DNA of 64,000 nucleotides, taken from the NCBI GenBank assembly GCA_017499595.2, contig CM039008.1:1674001-1738000 (forward strand), given 5' to 3'. Origin of the DNA: Psilocybe cubensis (Eukaryota). Shown here piece by piece: positions 1-13,382 of the stretch. The notes under the pieces are model-generated. The model was not told where the DNA came from, did not search any database, and was given only the letters and a program-made list of their open reading frames with translations. The first letter of the stretch is position 1, and each line of letters opens with the position of its first letter. The position numbers and the translations under genes were made by a program.

Positions 1-738
1 AAACTGTCAAGCACAGAGTACAGGTCAGCACCAACACGTCGTCGAGAGGGTACAACACACCGTTGTAACCTATCCTCTAGCGTCAAGACTGTTAAGCACA
101 GGTTCAGCCCTATTGCCGACAGAATACACAACTGCGCGGCTTACCGTCAAAGGGTGTTGTGTGGCTTCAATGCTCGACTATGCTGAGCCAGTGGGGTCAG
201 TACCAGTGCGTTTCACTGTCGTAGTCCGCTTTGCCGCGTCAAGACTCTAGATCACATTATTCATTAGCACCATCAATATCGGCAACTAGTCTCGACTCCA
301 GACAATCCGGATATACCAGGTTTCACACGGTATACTCCGTAGATAGTCTGGTGGGGTTTAACCGTAAGGCAGTACATGAGAGCGAGCCTTGGCACATTTT
401 GGCTGAAATAGGGAATAAAAGGTGCACGTGCAAGGCCTTGGCCAAACACCATCATTTATACTACCTTGGCGTCGACGCGTCGTTAATTAACACCCCTACT
501 CTATTTAATAGTATTGAGTTGTAAAGAGCAGAATGACTTTGGAAAAGTAATCTATGCAGTATTTTTACCAGGCCAGATGATTTGAATCGAGACTGGTCAG
601 CCAATACATGTATAAAAACATTAGTGTAGCTATGTTTCAAATCTCAATTTTTCTTACTCCATCTTCAAAATGCCTATTTCTTCAGAGGTTCAACAGTACA
701 AAGCAGACAAAGCTCTTTTGAACATTCTTAGTGATCTC

Positions 739-1755
739 TCATGGAAAATACTTTGCAAAAGACCTTTGCTCTCTTGACGGCGTGGTTTGACTGGGTGTCA
801 GTTTTGGCTGGCAAAAGATAATCGTGGAAGCAGGGCGCGGTAACGGTGTTTTGTTTTCGTCGTTTGTACATTTGCGAGGTGTGCAAGTTGTGTATGACAT
901 AGTTGAAGAGAGTCTTTCAATCAGTCGTGCGTCATTCAACACGGACGCGACGGGCGATACGCGCAGGCTTGGTATCACATGGTAAATCTCACGTGAGACT
1001 TTTATTACCATTTTTATCGAAAAAGTGCCAAGAATCATTCTCATATACTCGCTCACGGCTAAACCGTACCAGTCTATATAGGTGAAATAGCTGGCGCTCG
1101 TCCCTCCTAGTATATCCAGATAAATTTCATCACATAATTTAAACTGACTAATACTCGGAGGCCACATGTGTAAGCTAGCTATCACCTATAGAGACTGGGT
1201 TCGAGTCTAATCGGCAACAGGCACAACCAAAACGACTTACCATCGAGGCGCAGGCACCATCAGAGGCCACAGACAGGGAGGAAAGGGTGCCCCTATTAGC
1301 CCCTATCCGATCTTTATCTGTACTTCTTGAAATTCCCGCTAAGAAAATTAATTGCTCTTCAGTATTTCGACAGGACAACGAATGTAGCTATAATAATTCC
1401 TCCTTGTACATAGTGTACTTGACAACTTGACAACATGATCCAATATTGCAGCGCACTTTACTTTGCCAAGCTGCATCAGGCACATCGTTCAAACCCGACC
1501 AATAGCACACTGTACAGGAAGTACCCTCTTTGTGATAGTTCTAGGTTCCTTTTGTACATATATAAGCGACAATGGTACACGCATTTTCTACATCTTTACC
1601 ATGGCAATAGTGACGTGCTTGAAAATTCTGTATCACACCATCAAACAATGCCTTCTTCAGATCGGACAACATTATTATTCACTCATCTCAGGAACTCCTA
1701 GCATGAGCTTCGACTCAATGAACTCTCTACCAGGAAACAACGTAAGCCATTGTCA
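739..1755 (-). CDS. Hypothetical multi-exon protein, boundaries approximate
   Basis: Minus-strand ORF pieces (739-1185, 1175-1378) separated by GT-AG-like introns; no recognisable domain. Confidence 0.3.
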
Positions 1756-1802
1756 TGATAAACCGTCTCATTGTACAATATATAACTTATTCATAACGTC
1801 AG

Positions 1803-2610
1803 ATGACTGATATGGTAGTGGAAAGTGCTGCTGAAGTCAGTACCTGATCATAAGTGTTTTGTTACAAAATGAAAATCTGATTCCCTTTGTTCCGCTCTAC
1901 AGCTCAGACTCGATAATCTTTTTACAATTGTTGATAATCATGCTGAGGTTGGTTCTGCTCCCTTAGTAAAGCCAATAAAGCACTAACACATTTTCATTGT
2001 CCGGCCTAGGAAATTCACGATCTACATGTTACATTACATTATCTTAAGCGTTCTGTGGACAAAGCTCGTCGAAATGTCCATGAAGTTAGTAGTCATTTTT
2101 TGGTTAGAGTTGTGATCACATCTAAGCTCTTGTATAGGTAGAAGCTCGGAATAGGGAAATTCACAGGCTGCTAATACAGGTTTATCTAACGCAACAGCGT
2201 ATTAATTTGTTCACCTACTAAAAAATCTACAGGAAGCCTACACTGCTGCTGTTCTTCGTGAACAGCTCGAGCAGAAGGAACGATGCCTCAATGCTCTTAA
2301 ATATCTTTTGACGTGCACCATTTGCCACGACTCTGTCAAACAGCCTACCATGTGAGTGTTAATAGCAACCGTACATATATAGATGATTGGATTTTCCTCA
2401 TGAATGTATTCATCAAGCAGGCTTAGTTGTGGCCACGTTTTCTGCGAAGTTTGCATTGACTTTTTGAAGAGTCACTATGACAATGCAGCCAGCAGAACGG
2501 ATGATCATAAATGCAATATCTGTCGTTCGCGGACACATATATTGGAAGGACCTACGCAATTTGTTCAAAAGGTTGAATCTGTGATTAAAATCTCCATGGA
2601 ACCAATATAA
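1803..2610 (+). CDS. Coiled-coil + C3HC4 RING finger protein (paralog 1)
   Basis: Exons splice in frame: MTDMVVESAAE / LRLDNLF / EIHDLHVTL / VEARNRE / EAYTAAVLREQLEQKE..CTICHDSVKQPT, intron 2352-2420, then LSCGHVFCEVC..DHKCNICR. Confidence 0.75.
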
Positions 2611-2773
2611 CCGAGATGTGAAAGGTTGGGAAACAACTTGTCCAGTGAAAGCCACTGCTACGTATGGCAGATACGAGTCCATTCTATTTTTTATTCCCAT
2701 TTTATAAAATATAACAATGCTTCGTAAAACAATACACAGCTGAAGATTCGAACAGGCACCTTAATCATTAAAA

Positions 2774-3705
2774 AGACTTACGCCATGACCTCCCACAAAC
2801 GGCGTCTAGCTCTTCTTGGATACGTTTGTGCGCTTCGGGATGGCATGCGGCTGCCAATACCGTGACGCTGATCATCGACGCGTCAGGCAGCGGTTGACAG
2901 CTTGAATATTGGGATCTTCGTAAGTTTTGGCCTGTTTTGCATACGCAAGTGCCAAAACTACAGCAGCGGCATATGTGGTATATTTGCATCGGAAAGTGAA
3001 TGTGTTGTTTCCATCACAATTGTGCAATAGGTGGTGGAGGAGGATGTGATATCAGTAAGAACGATATAAGATATAGCATTGTTGGATGAATGATGATTCA
3101 AAGTGTGAGACATGTCGAAAATGAGTTAATATACAATGTACGTACCGTTAAGCATGATCTTGGTGCCGGTGAGGCTCGTCTATGATGTTCATGATGTGCC
3201 CCTTTGCATTGCGCATCAACGTAGGCGCATAATTGGAAACAATCTTGGGTTGGAGGTGGGCATGAAGAGCTCTACAAACGCAATGAAACGGTAGCTTTAG
3301 AATATCAGGTCGCAATGGACGCTCTCTGGGCATATCAACGCATCTGCGCATCTTTTTGAACCGTACCCCGGCAGGAGTCAGTAACATCAGTAACATCCTC
3401 ATTCCCCCTCCCCCCCCGAAAGCGTCTCCCCTGCAGCGATGGCTCAGCGGCCGAACCTATTGAAAGCCGGAAGAGCGTGCCCAGACAAAAACCAAACATC
3501 GTCCGGCAGGTATGCCGAGTGATCGCTAGGCAACTCACCACATGCAAAACAATGCTGAACGACTTCCGACAAGATGACATCTCCCCACAAATACTACGAA
3601 AGCTCCGTTCTTCTGATATTCTTAGGATCTGATCGACAGAGGGGATTTAACAGTGTAAATCACTGCCTTTGGGGCACTGGCGATGATGACTGCCCAGAGA
3701 AGGAG
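2774..3705 (-). pseudogene. Cytochrome P450 internal fragment
   Basis: LLTPAGVRFKKMRR, ALHAHLQPKIVSNYAPTL and SVTVLAAACHPEAHKRIQEELDAVCG are typical agaricomycete P450 segments. Frame is disrupted and no heme-binding FxxGxRxC motif is present. Confidence 0.75.
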
Positions 3706-4538
3706 CCTGGAGGCGGTGTCGGTACTTCTAATGGTCTCGGCACCATACAACACAGTTTTCACGATGCTCACGATGTGTTCAGGCTTCAGTTTAAGATTTG
3801 AACGTCCGGAGAACGATGCTGGGAAGAGGGTTGGTGACTGACAGTTGGCTACACGTCGACAGCTAGGGATGGTATTGAGAATAGAAGGGGAGTTTATGCC
3901 CATGTTGCTCCGACACCATATATCGCTTTCCCGCGACCAGCCTGTTCACGCCAGGCTACTGTTTCTGCTATCATCCGACGAATCGACCACTTTTAGCTGC
4001 CTTCGGGTCGGCGAATCGAAGAACAAGATTGCACTCGAGCTGCCCTCTGGCAGGTGCATCGACCCTGGCATCAGGTACAGTCGACAGCGTCTGTAGCTCC
4101 AGCTTACGTCTACATCTGTAAAGTCTGATTTTCGGCTACAGCGTCCAGTTAGCGCAGCGCCAAGCTCGCTTAGCAACGCAGTACAGCGTGCCACCGGGGA
4201 GACAATGTATCCCGATTCAATGTGGTGCTCGCCCGCGGGACAAACATCGACCTGTACCCCTCAGTACTCTGCACGTCGCATTATCCATCACAGGGCTGCG
4301 CTAGTACCCCCTGCCAGACGTTGGAGACGACGAGCTCGAAAGTCTCAGCTCGGCGCTGTTGTCTCTGAAACACTAACATCCTGGCGGAAGCGCCCTTATT
4401 AGGAACCCTTAAATGAGCAAGCGCAGGCTAACTGCCTGTGCCTGCAGAGCAGAGATCGCGGTAGTAGGACCTGCCGCCTGCGAGCTATAAGGGTTGAAGA
4501 GGCATACCCAAGGGACAAGGCTACACTATACGACAACA

Positions 4539-4940
4539 ATGCCTGCTCGTGCGGTCATCTCCTCATTCCCTATGAATAGCAACCGCGGGCGCGCAATACT
4601 GGTCTCCCCACCATGGGAGGCGTCTGACGCAACTACAGACACGTCCGAAGACGAGGACACCGAAGACAGCGATGGGGGTCGGATTGTACTAGGCCACGCG
4701 TTCAGGATGCTCGTGAGACGCTTGATAGCGGAGGCACGGAGGCAGGAATCAGAGGTGGAGGTTAGACTGAGGGAAATCAACGGTCGCCTCTTCCGCGCCT
4801 ACACCGGAATCAACACTCTAGTAGCCCGAGTTAATACGCTGTCCAGGCCTTCGCCTGCTCGCTCCAACGTCATTGTACGCGAAGCACAGACATTTCAACA
4901 GCTACGTGTAGAGGTGGAAAGACTTGCCAATCGCGTGTAA
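4539..4940 (+). CDS. Small intronless ORF (acidic patch + helical/coiled-coil C-terminus), possibly mobile-element-borne
   Basis: ORF MPARAVISS..EVERLANRV with a TATAA box about 50 bp upstream; no known motif. Confidence 0.35.
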   Translation: MPARAVISSFPMNSNRGRAILVSPPWEASDATTDTSEDEDTEDSDGGRIVLGHAFRMLVRRLIAEARRQESEVEVRLREINGRLFRAYTGINTLVARVNTLSRPSPARSNVIVREAQTFQQLRVEVERLANRV

Positions 4941-5779
4941 TAATCTATATGTACAGACAAACAGCTTTCTTACCGTAAAAACCTGGATAAACAACAACTG
5001 GCTTGAGACCACCCGGACCAGTGAGATCAATGACCGGCAACGGTCACCACGTCACAGCTGCGAGGGAGTCGAAAGTCCCATCGGAGCACCCGAGTTGAGC
5101 AGGTCTCGGGGGCGGCCGATGGACCGACGGGCATTCCTATATTGGGACCAATAATCCGTCTACCTACCTACCTTGCATTGAGTTTGTCCCTGTTGACCAG
5201 CGCGTTTGCGGTAATCCACCTCCCGAATCCCATTGTGAGTTGCGAGTGCAACTTCCACTTCGATTTCTTTCAGGACTCAGGAGACACTGACGCTGACAAC
5301 GACACCTACACCTAGATGACACCCTCCATCTATAAGCTACACTGATTGCTCTAATCTATCACGCGTTCCTCCCACGGGCACCCCTCTCATTCCCCGCACC
5401 CTCTCTTGATTCTGACTCGGAATCGCAAATGGTCAAATGACCAGACCTTGACCTTGCACCTGTCATGTCATGGCATAGCGCAGATTCTCTTCAGAATTCT
5501 CAGCCAACTCAAGACGGTGCGTCACCCTGAACTCTGAACTCTGAATCAAGTCTGAATTTTGAAGTTTAAATCTTTGAAAAGTGATGGACGAAGACACTCA
5601 TACAGGCATCTCGGTCATCTCGGGCGCGCAAAGCAACTAAGCGTACATTTCAGCTAAAGTCGTATAACGATTTCATCACCAATTCATTGGAAAGCTATTA
5701 CTCTTAGAACAAGTGCATTCTAAGGCCTAATTCTGAAGCCACCGAAAATATCTGCAGAGCAGGACCGCGGAATATACAG

Positions 5780-7000
5780 AACTTTGTGGCACCCGTCGTT
5801 GTCATTTTCATTTTCAACTTCATATTCAGCGTCTGCGTCTGCGTGCACGATCCACCCATTGACATCCATATCCGTCTCTGTGGCTGCCTGTCTGTCTGTC
5901 CGATCTGTCTGCTCTGGAGCTGCGTCAAAGTCAAAATCAGAATCAAGTTGGGAATACACTGTCATATAACGTTTATATAACCCTCACACGCACGCGCACA
6001 TCACACCTTGAACGCTTCCGCATTTAATTCATATCCGAATCCCTCCCAAGTGGGAAGCAGACAAGCGCCTCCACACGGATCGTGGAAACTCGTCTGTGAC
6101 ATATTGCTATGTATGATTTCCTTCCTAGACTGTCAGACTGGGATACCCACAGCGCACAACGGTCGACGCCTCAGGCCTCGGCGCTTGATTGGATTAAATA
6201 TAGTTATAGCCATAGCTATTTGGATGGTGGCTTGGGATACTCCACGGCCCGCCGCCGCCGCCGCCATCGCAAGACATGGGCATAGGCATAGGCATAGTCA
6301 CTGGCATAGGCATGGGAATAATCACAGGCATACGGTTCGAAATCGGGATTGGAATTGGGATCAACCCAACTATCCGAAAACTTGTTTTTCTATTTATTTT
6401 TGGCTTTCCCATCCACAACCGACAAATGTACAAATGGAGTCGAATTCTCGACAGAATGACTTAACTGCTCCTATACTCAGTACCCCCACTCATCCTACCC
6501 ACCAGCGTGACGGACAGACGCAGGCGCGCCTACCCAGTCGCGAACACACCCACCACGCGCCTCCACATGCACACGCACGCACACACACACACGCGCGTCT
6601 CTTAACCTCTCCCACTCCCTTAGTCTTCCTCTGTATCTACGTCCAATTGGCAGATCCGCGCCACAGCTCGGGCAGATGCTACTTACTGCTCCACCTGTAC
6701 CTGTACCTGCACCCAAAGTTGTCAGAGACAGCGGACAGCGGACGGTAGACGGTGGCACCGAACGCACACGAGGGAGGTGAGGTGCAAGCGGGTCTGCATT
6801 GGAGATAGGATGCGAATAGACCTGTGGTGGCGAACATCTGTCGTCTGCGTCTTGTGTCTTGTGCCGCGTGTCTTGTGCCTTGGCTTTAAAGTCTGGTGGC
6901 GGAACTGGTGTCTGGTGATGGGATGGTGTTTAGAGTCTGGTGTCTGGTGTTTGTGGAAAGTTTGTGATTTGACGACGATGGGATGGGATCACGATGGTAT
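5780..7000. repeat. Low-complexity / degenerate hexamer and dinucleotide repeats
   Basis: GGCATA/GGAATT hexamer runs (6277-6362), CA/CGCA runs, TCTGGTG runs. Confidence 0.6.
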
Positions 7001-8479
7001 GTGATGCGACAAATACTGAATTGTGTATCCTCTTTCTCTTTCTCTTTCCCTTTCTCTCCCGTCGTGGTCCATAATTATATCTCATCGAGCCTGACTCCTG
7101 AGTGATCGTATGCCATGCCTCTGCCCAGATTTGGGGGTGTAACCCACCGAGAGTCGTGAGTCACTGATGCTTCTAGCGCTCCACGGTCTGGATATGAATC
7201 CAGTACACGATGCTTGTGGAACCGAACTCGTGGAACGGAGGGGTGGCATGCTATTACTGGACGCACCTTGCACCTTGCAAGGCGGCTGTTAGAGCTCGGT
7301 GCTCAGCCGACGCCCTGTTTCTCGATTCATTGGAATAGTAAACTGTCCAAATGACAAGTTGGCAGGCAGCGAGAGACACGGGCAGATGAGGGGTGACTTG
7401 TAAAAGTAAGAGAATGTGTGTGTGTGTGTGTTACGTGTTGCGTGCTTTGCTGATGCCTTCATGTGGATTTCCAGGTGCACATTATCTGCGGCCTGTAAAG
7501 TTGTCAATTCAGACTGAATCATTCACACCGGGAATGTGAATCCACAATCAAAAAACGCAGATACAAGCATGTGTGTACAGGACATAAAAGCTGGATGACC
7601 GACCAGTCAGTGTCATATATGTAATAGATGTATATACAATGAGAAAAGCATCGAGGTCGAGGACATGTTACAATGAAACAAAAATTGAAGGCGAGGAAGA
7701 GTAGACCTTCAAGCAGGAAGACGAACAATGGTGCTATAATTATATTACAAGTTCAATCTCAGTGTGCCATGAATCAGAATCCGAGTTAGCCATAAATAAT
7801 AAGAAAATTCATATCCATCTTATGTTGAAGGCATTTGATTAGATATTGAAGACTTGATAGGACCCGCACGCTGAGGACTCTATGATGCAAGTGGTGGCCA
7901 GCAAGCACTCGACCATCGGGCTCACAAAATTCAGACGCGAGTAGAGTACTGGAGGAGAGCTATCAACTAAGGTTGCCTATTCAATTGAAGCGGGATTCCT
8001 GTGATGTTGAGCATTGAGAATTTAGCAGCGTTTTGAGTTGTTTGTTGTTGTTGACTAGAGGGGAGGCGTTGCTGCTCATCGTCTAGTAGGTAGGGGTAGC
8101 AAGGCGAGGGGGAAAGGCTGTCTGTTGGGTATGTCTGAGGTGTGTTTTTGATTGTTACAGAGGTGGGAAGAGGACGGTAGCCGTTGCCTTCAGCCTATCC
8201 AGCGAGCACCGTCAGTCGCCCAATTGGAAGATCATGAATTAGACAGCCTAACAGACACGGAGGACATGTTATACACAAGGCACAGGGACGAGTTACAGCT
8301 ACTTAAAACCTGTAAAACATCGGGCTCTAAGTTACCCGGACCAGGGAGATCTTCGCTCAGCGGACACGTGGGTCGATTATTCGTATCTGTGAGGGAGCGG
8401 TGAGTCCCCCCGGAGTCTCCAAGTTTCAGGGCCTTGGAGGCGGCCGGGGGACGGCAGGCATCCTTTTTAGGACTCACCG

Positions 8480-8723
8480 TGTCAGCGGGATTTGGGAATA
8501 GTCCAGTGTATCCCTTGCAGTGACTGAGCCGGGCGGGGAATCCACTTCCAAGGTGTGTCGGTAAAGCATATAGCAAATGTAGTAAAGAGGGAGAAACTAG
8601 GGTATACTTGGCGAAGGCGGTTCATTCTGGGTACCCTCGTGCGCAGTACTTCCAACTCAATTCTGTCATATATCGGAGAAGAGTCACTTGATAATTGAGC
8701 GATACACAATAGCGTAAGTGACA
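8480..8723 (-). mobile_element. Candidate 244-bp LTR of a truncated retroelement, with leader and decayed gag start running leftward to about 7980
   Basis: TGTCA at 8480 and TGACA at 8719-8723; adjacent 10-bp inverted repeat CGGTGAGTCC/GGACTCACCG (8398-8407, 8470-8479); leader resembles a gag 5' UTR; no TSD. Confidence 0.35.
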
Positions 8724-8859
8724 TATAAGATAATAATTTTCAAGATCACTACTACTATGTAAGTACTGTACATATACCGGCGGAGTCACTGTTAGCAACC
8801 TTAAGATGTCGAAAATATCAAGATATAAAGCAAGGTGAACGTAGTAATGACAAAGGGAA

Positions 8860-9727
8860 TGAAAGAGGCAAGCCTTTGCTCAGTCTTTGATGCCACCTTT
8901 GAAAGGGTATCAAAGTATCGGTTTAATTTTGCTATATCAGCAGCGCGTCAACGGTTGGATTCAGTTTGAAAGGCCTATAAGTGTAATTAGCATGTTACCG
9001 GTAGGAAATTCATAACAACACACTGACCTGATAGATTTTCATATCGGTGCGAAGTTTCTCGAGCTCGTCCATTATGGAGTGTTGATTCTGCCGTAAATAT
9101 GATGCCTCTTCACAATTTCGTTGAGAATGTGAATTTATGGCAAGTTGTTGCTCGTTCTGATGATCTTTGATGGAGCGAAGGGCGCTTCGAAACCTTTTGC
9201 TCATACGACGAATGTTTGAAATGTCAGAAATGATCTTCTCGCACCCCATAATCAAGAATACAATTTTTCTCCTGGAATCGTCAATGTCATTCCTGGCCTG
9301 GAAAAGTTCAATAATTATGGATTGCAAGCGTTGTTCCAGCTTGAACGCCTCCGTTCTTTCAAGAAAGTATTCGATGTGCCTGGTATGATGCGAATTGTTT
9401 TCATTTTGTTGAACATTTTCATTCCTAATGCCACTCCTGCCACGAAATAGTATCATTGGCCCCACCTGTTACTCGGGAATAATTAGCTCATTGAGCTACT
9501 ATGCAGCGGTATGTATTGCGGACCATAGTTAAATTCCTATCAATATATTGTTTCTGGTCACTAGAGTTGATGTCTTCATCTTGTGGGGAGTTGCTTGGAG
9601 ATAATATAATGGGTTTAACAACCCCGGAAGTCGGGATGTTGCTTGCATACTTGAAGGTGGTGGTGGCTTCAGCATGACGCTCTAAAAGAAGATGGAACCT
9701 GATGATGAGCTTACATTCCTGTCAGTC
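8860..9727 (-). CDS. Hypothetical coiled-coil protein (multi-exon, boundaries approximate)
   Basis: Heptad-rich exon 9010-9465 (LEQRLQSIIIELFQARNDIDD..MDELEKLRTDM) flanked by splice sites. Confidence 0.5.
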
Positions 9728-10099
9728 AGCATTGTGTATGCGCTCTTGCTGAATTTTCTGTGATATATGACTTGAAAGCAATGAAATGATGGGAGATACT
9801 GAGGGATGGAAGTTGCATAAGTTTCTTTATTATAGCAATTGCCAGAGTCGCTTAAGAGAGCGAATAAACTTGTTGGGTTGATACAAAGAACAAGGAAGTA
9901 CCAATATGGCAATTGCAACGCAAGTCAATCGGAAAACGTTTAGAATTCAAAGTTTCTAATTCAAGGTTACCAAAAAGACTCCAGTTTCCATATATAGTTG
10001 GGAACAAGGTCACCATTGTGGCATCAAAGCAATCGTATCCAGCGCAAAAACGAGTACAGTCAAATTAGTCGAATATAGCTTCAGAAATGTACGATAGTT

Positions 10100-10142
10100 A
10101 ACGTTCTCATGGTTGCACAATAAACGTTCTCATGGTTGCACA
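10100..10142. repeat. 20-bp direct repeat AACGTTCTCATGGTTGCACA x2 in a divergent intergenic region
   Basis: Copies at 10100-10119 and 10123-10142. Confidence 0.85.
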
Positions 10143-10267
10143 CTTAGTACATCACGACGATCGATTATGGATAGTGATTACCTCAAAAGTACGTACCCTT
10201 GGGCCTTTTTATACTGTTTACGCAGCTAAAGTTCAACACCATAAATCATTCCTCTGCCCCATCCCAC

Positions 10268-11402
10268 ATGTCTGCTCTATATCTTGAACGAAAGCGTCAT
10301 TATGAGCAGTACAAAGCACGACAAAGGAACTCAAATTACGCTGAATACAAAGTAAGGGTAGTCTCAGCTGTCATGAATCATACCATTAAAAACTAATAAA
10401 ATTGACAAGACTGCACAGACAAGCCATCATGCCAGCCAAACAATGGTTGAAGTGACAACTGTAAAGTCTAATCATTCTGGGACTCAAATCGGGAATCAGA
10501 AGCTTAGGGAGGTAAGTATCTTTTTTGTCCCACGGACTGAGGCTCACACATGACTTACTGACATCAAAAGGAAACCAAAGAACTAGCTAAACAGAACCGG
10601 GAGCTCCAGAGAAGGCTGGACCATGCTAATCTGGAACAGGAGCTTATGTGCCAGGTAAGCTCGACGTAGTAAAATCAATGTGTGCTCTGGAAAGCCCAAT
10701 AACTTGCTTCATTTTCGATCAACCAGCGGAATACAGAGCTTAATAATAGAATCCTTGAACTAGAGAAATTAGAGCAAGTGCAAGAAACATTGAAAGCTGT
10801 GAGTTCCCAAGTTGATTCCAGAGCTTAAAATTCACACTCTTCTAACAAAAGACCAATATTGTGGCTGGTAAAACCATCGAAGAACTTCAGTGTAGCATTG
10901 CGGATGTAAATCATCGGTACGATGATCTACACAATTGCTTAACAGAGATGGCGATTTGCTCCATATGCTGGTCTTATATGGTGCACCCTGCAATGTAAGC
11001 CCGTACCAAACAAAAAAATCCTGGTAGTTGAATTATCTTAATAGACTCTCATGCGGGCATATATTTTGCGCGGCGTGTCTCGGAAAGGTCAAAGAATTAA
11101 ATGACTACATCTGGGAAAGTGACCACAAATGTGGTATTTGTCGTGAGCGCGGGCCCATACTGGACGGACCCACTCGATTCGTTCGCCAAGTATTCTGGTT
11201 GGTTCTTCCCAGGAATGAACCATCACCGGCACCTTTAGAGAACCAAGACAATGGGGAGGAACATGATAGAGTACTTCAGACAGGAGGCACGGACAGTTTA
11301 GATGAAGTGGATAATCCGAGTCATGATTATGGCGGGATCGAAGACGACCAGAGTCTTGCAGGATCAGACGATTCAAACGACGATGAATATGAGTCTGCTT
11401 AA
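10268..11402 (+). CDS. Coiled-coil + C3HC4 RING finger protein (paralog 2) with acidic tail
   Basis: Multi-exon coiled-coil N-terminus; CSICWSYMVHPA, intron at about 10995-11045, then LSCGHIFCAAC..DHKCGICR. Confidence 0.75.
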
Positions 11403-12073
11403 TCGTTGACATTGAAGCTAAAGGGTTCTGGACATTGTCTTAGTTCAATATAATTTGCGTCCCGTCGGTCGCCAATTAAACTTAAGACTAGAACTCAATA
11501 TTTTTGTAGTCTACATCCATTTATTATTACATACCAATTAGTAAAGCTGATACTTATGGAAGAACTCTTCGTCAGTCACATCTACGTATAGACGTAGCGA
11601 AAATATAATGCACCGATTAGTAAGTCTTCCTCTAGTTCAAACGGATCAAGCAGGGTTCAAACACGCTGTACGATTCAGGTCGTAACCTCTGACGTGATGT
11701 TAAAATGGTACCTTTGTTCACCCTTGCAGATCGATGAATCTCTAATGTTGAGATGCTAGTATAATGAAAATCGTAGAATATTGAGTCATTTAGATATGTC
11801 ATTGTGGTATTTTCAACAAAGGTGAAAACCATATCAGGACACCAGATCTCTATAAATCAAGCTGCGTGGATCTATCCCACGCATACAAGGGGGAACCCAC
11901 TGTAGCTCAAACCAAGACTTGTTGATCTGACAGATATTTAAAGACACCAGGACATCATTCTGCCATAGATTCAGGAAACCACCGGGAAAGAGGTAAATTA
12001 ACTACCCAGTCACAGTCAACCTCTAAATTTAATGTCAAACCCGACAATTAGAACACCGTTACTATAGAGCGCC

Positions 12074-12985
12074 ATGGAGTATAACAAACGCAAGTCATCC
12101 CTGGTTGTTATTGAGTGGAAGGATGCAACCCAGAGCAATAACAAAGGAGAGAGCCAAACCAAACCACCCCGTCGAAAAAAGCCTGCAAATCACATTCCGC
12201 GCCCACAAAACGCATTCATCTTATTTCGATCCGAGTGTATTCGACAGAAGATGATCCCGAAGTCAGTAGAGAAAGACTATCGTAATTTATCACGCATATG
12301 CGGGAAGGTGTGGAAACAAATGTCTGCAGATGAAAGGGAACCGTGGTTTCGTATGGCAGACCAGGAGAAGATCAGTCATTCAATTAAATATCCGAACTAT
12401 AAGTTTCAGCCTATACCCCGTAATGTTCGAGTAGCATTATTGCCAAGCTTGAAGCCAGGAGAGACGATTGTCGACTTCGACAGTGACGAACCTGACTTGG
12501 ACGAGCCTCGCATGGACAAGCCTTGTATAGGGAATATATATATGGACGACACTTTCATGAACGACCTTTACATGCACGATACTTTCATGAACGACCTTTA
12601 CATGCACAATACTTTTATGGACGACCTATCCATAGACGACACTTTCATGGACGAGCTTTGTGACATGGGCAAGCTTTACATGGACAATACTTTCACAGAA
12701 GAGCCTTATACTGATGAGCCTTGTATGAGCAAGGTTTACATCGACGGACCTTGTATGGGCGAGGTTTACCTGGATGAGACTTGCGTAGACGAGTCACACA
12801 TCATCAATGAGCCTTGCGTGTGCGAGCCTTACACCAATAAACCTTGCGTGGGCGAGCCTTACATTGACGAACCTTACATGGGAAAATCTTACACGGAAGA
12901 CGAATTTTCCGCCATGGACTGGATAGCCGTTATGGAAGCAGCTTCTTTGCAGTACGTACATAATATTAATTTCCTGTGGTATTAG
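12074..12985 (+). CDS. HMG-box (MATA_HMG/SOX-type) protein with acidic pentapeptide repeats
   Basis: HIPRPQNAFILFRS..LSRICGKVWKQMSADEREPWFRMADQEKISHSIKYPNYKFQP; C-terminal DEPCM/DDTFM/NDLYM repeats. Confidence 0.9.
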   Translation: MEYNKRKSSLVVIEWKDATQSNNKGESQTKPPRRKKPANHIPRPQNAFILFRSECIRQKMIPKSVEKDYRNLSRICGKVWKQMSADEREPWFRMADQEKISHSIKYPNYKFQPIPRNVRVALLPSLKPGETIVDFDSDEPDLDEPRMDKPCIGNIYMDDTFMNDLYMHDTFMNDLYMHNTFMDDLSIDDTFMDELCDMGKLYMDNTFTEEPYTDEPCMSKVYIDGPCMGEVYLDETCVDESHIINEPCVCEPYTNKPCVGEPYIDEPYMGKSYTEDEFSAMDWIAVMEAASLQYVHNINFLWY

Positions 12986-13382
12986 TATCCCGACCTCATA
13001 CTTACTACAATTATATAGTAACTCTACCTTCCAAGACAACATATATTCACTGTACTATCCTTACAAGTTTCTGCGTAACACTCAGCTAGATTTCACACTG
13101 CCAGAATGTGAGACCGACTTCCTCCACCCAACAATTTTGACCGAAATAAATGAGGCTCGTCATTGTCGAGATATACCCGACATTAATCTCGTTGAACAGC
13201 TGAGATGTTTAATCTCCATCACCTACATATACGACTTTATTGAATGCGCTGTAAAAGACCGTAGTAAATAGCTCACCCGCTAAGATACTCAAGTGGGCGC
13301 CAATACTCACCAATGCCGACTTTCAATGATTATCCTTCCAGAGGCAACTTATGTTTTTAGATGATGATGTAACTGGGAAGCC

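Noticed and set aside
3903-4996. Solo LTR bounded by TGTTG..CAACA
   Set aside because: The flanks (GCCCA / ACTGG) give no TSD and there is no second copy or credible PBS.
6008-6748. 246-aa ORF with His/Gly repeats
   Set aside because: It is open because of low-complexity hexamer and dinucleotide repeats; several overlapping frames are open and no domain is recognisable.
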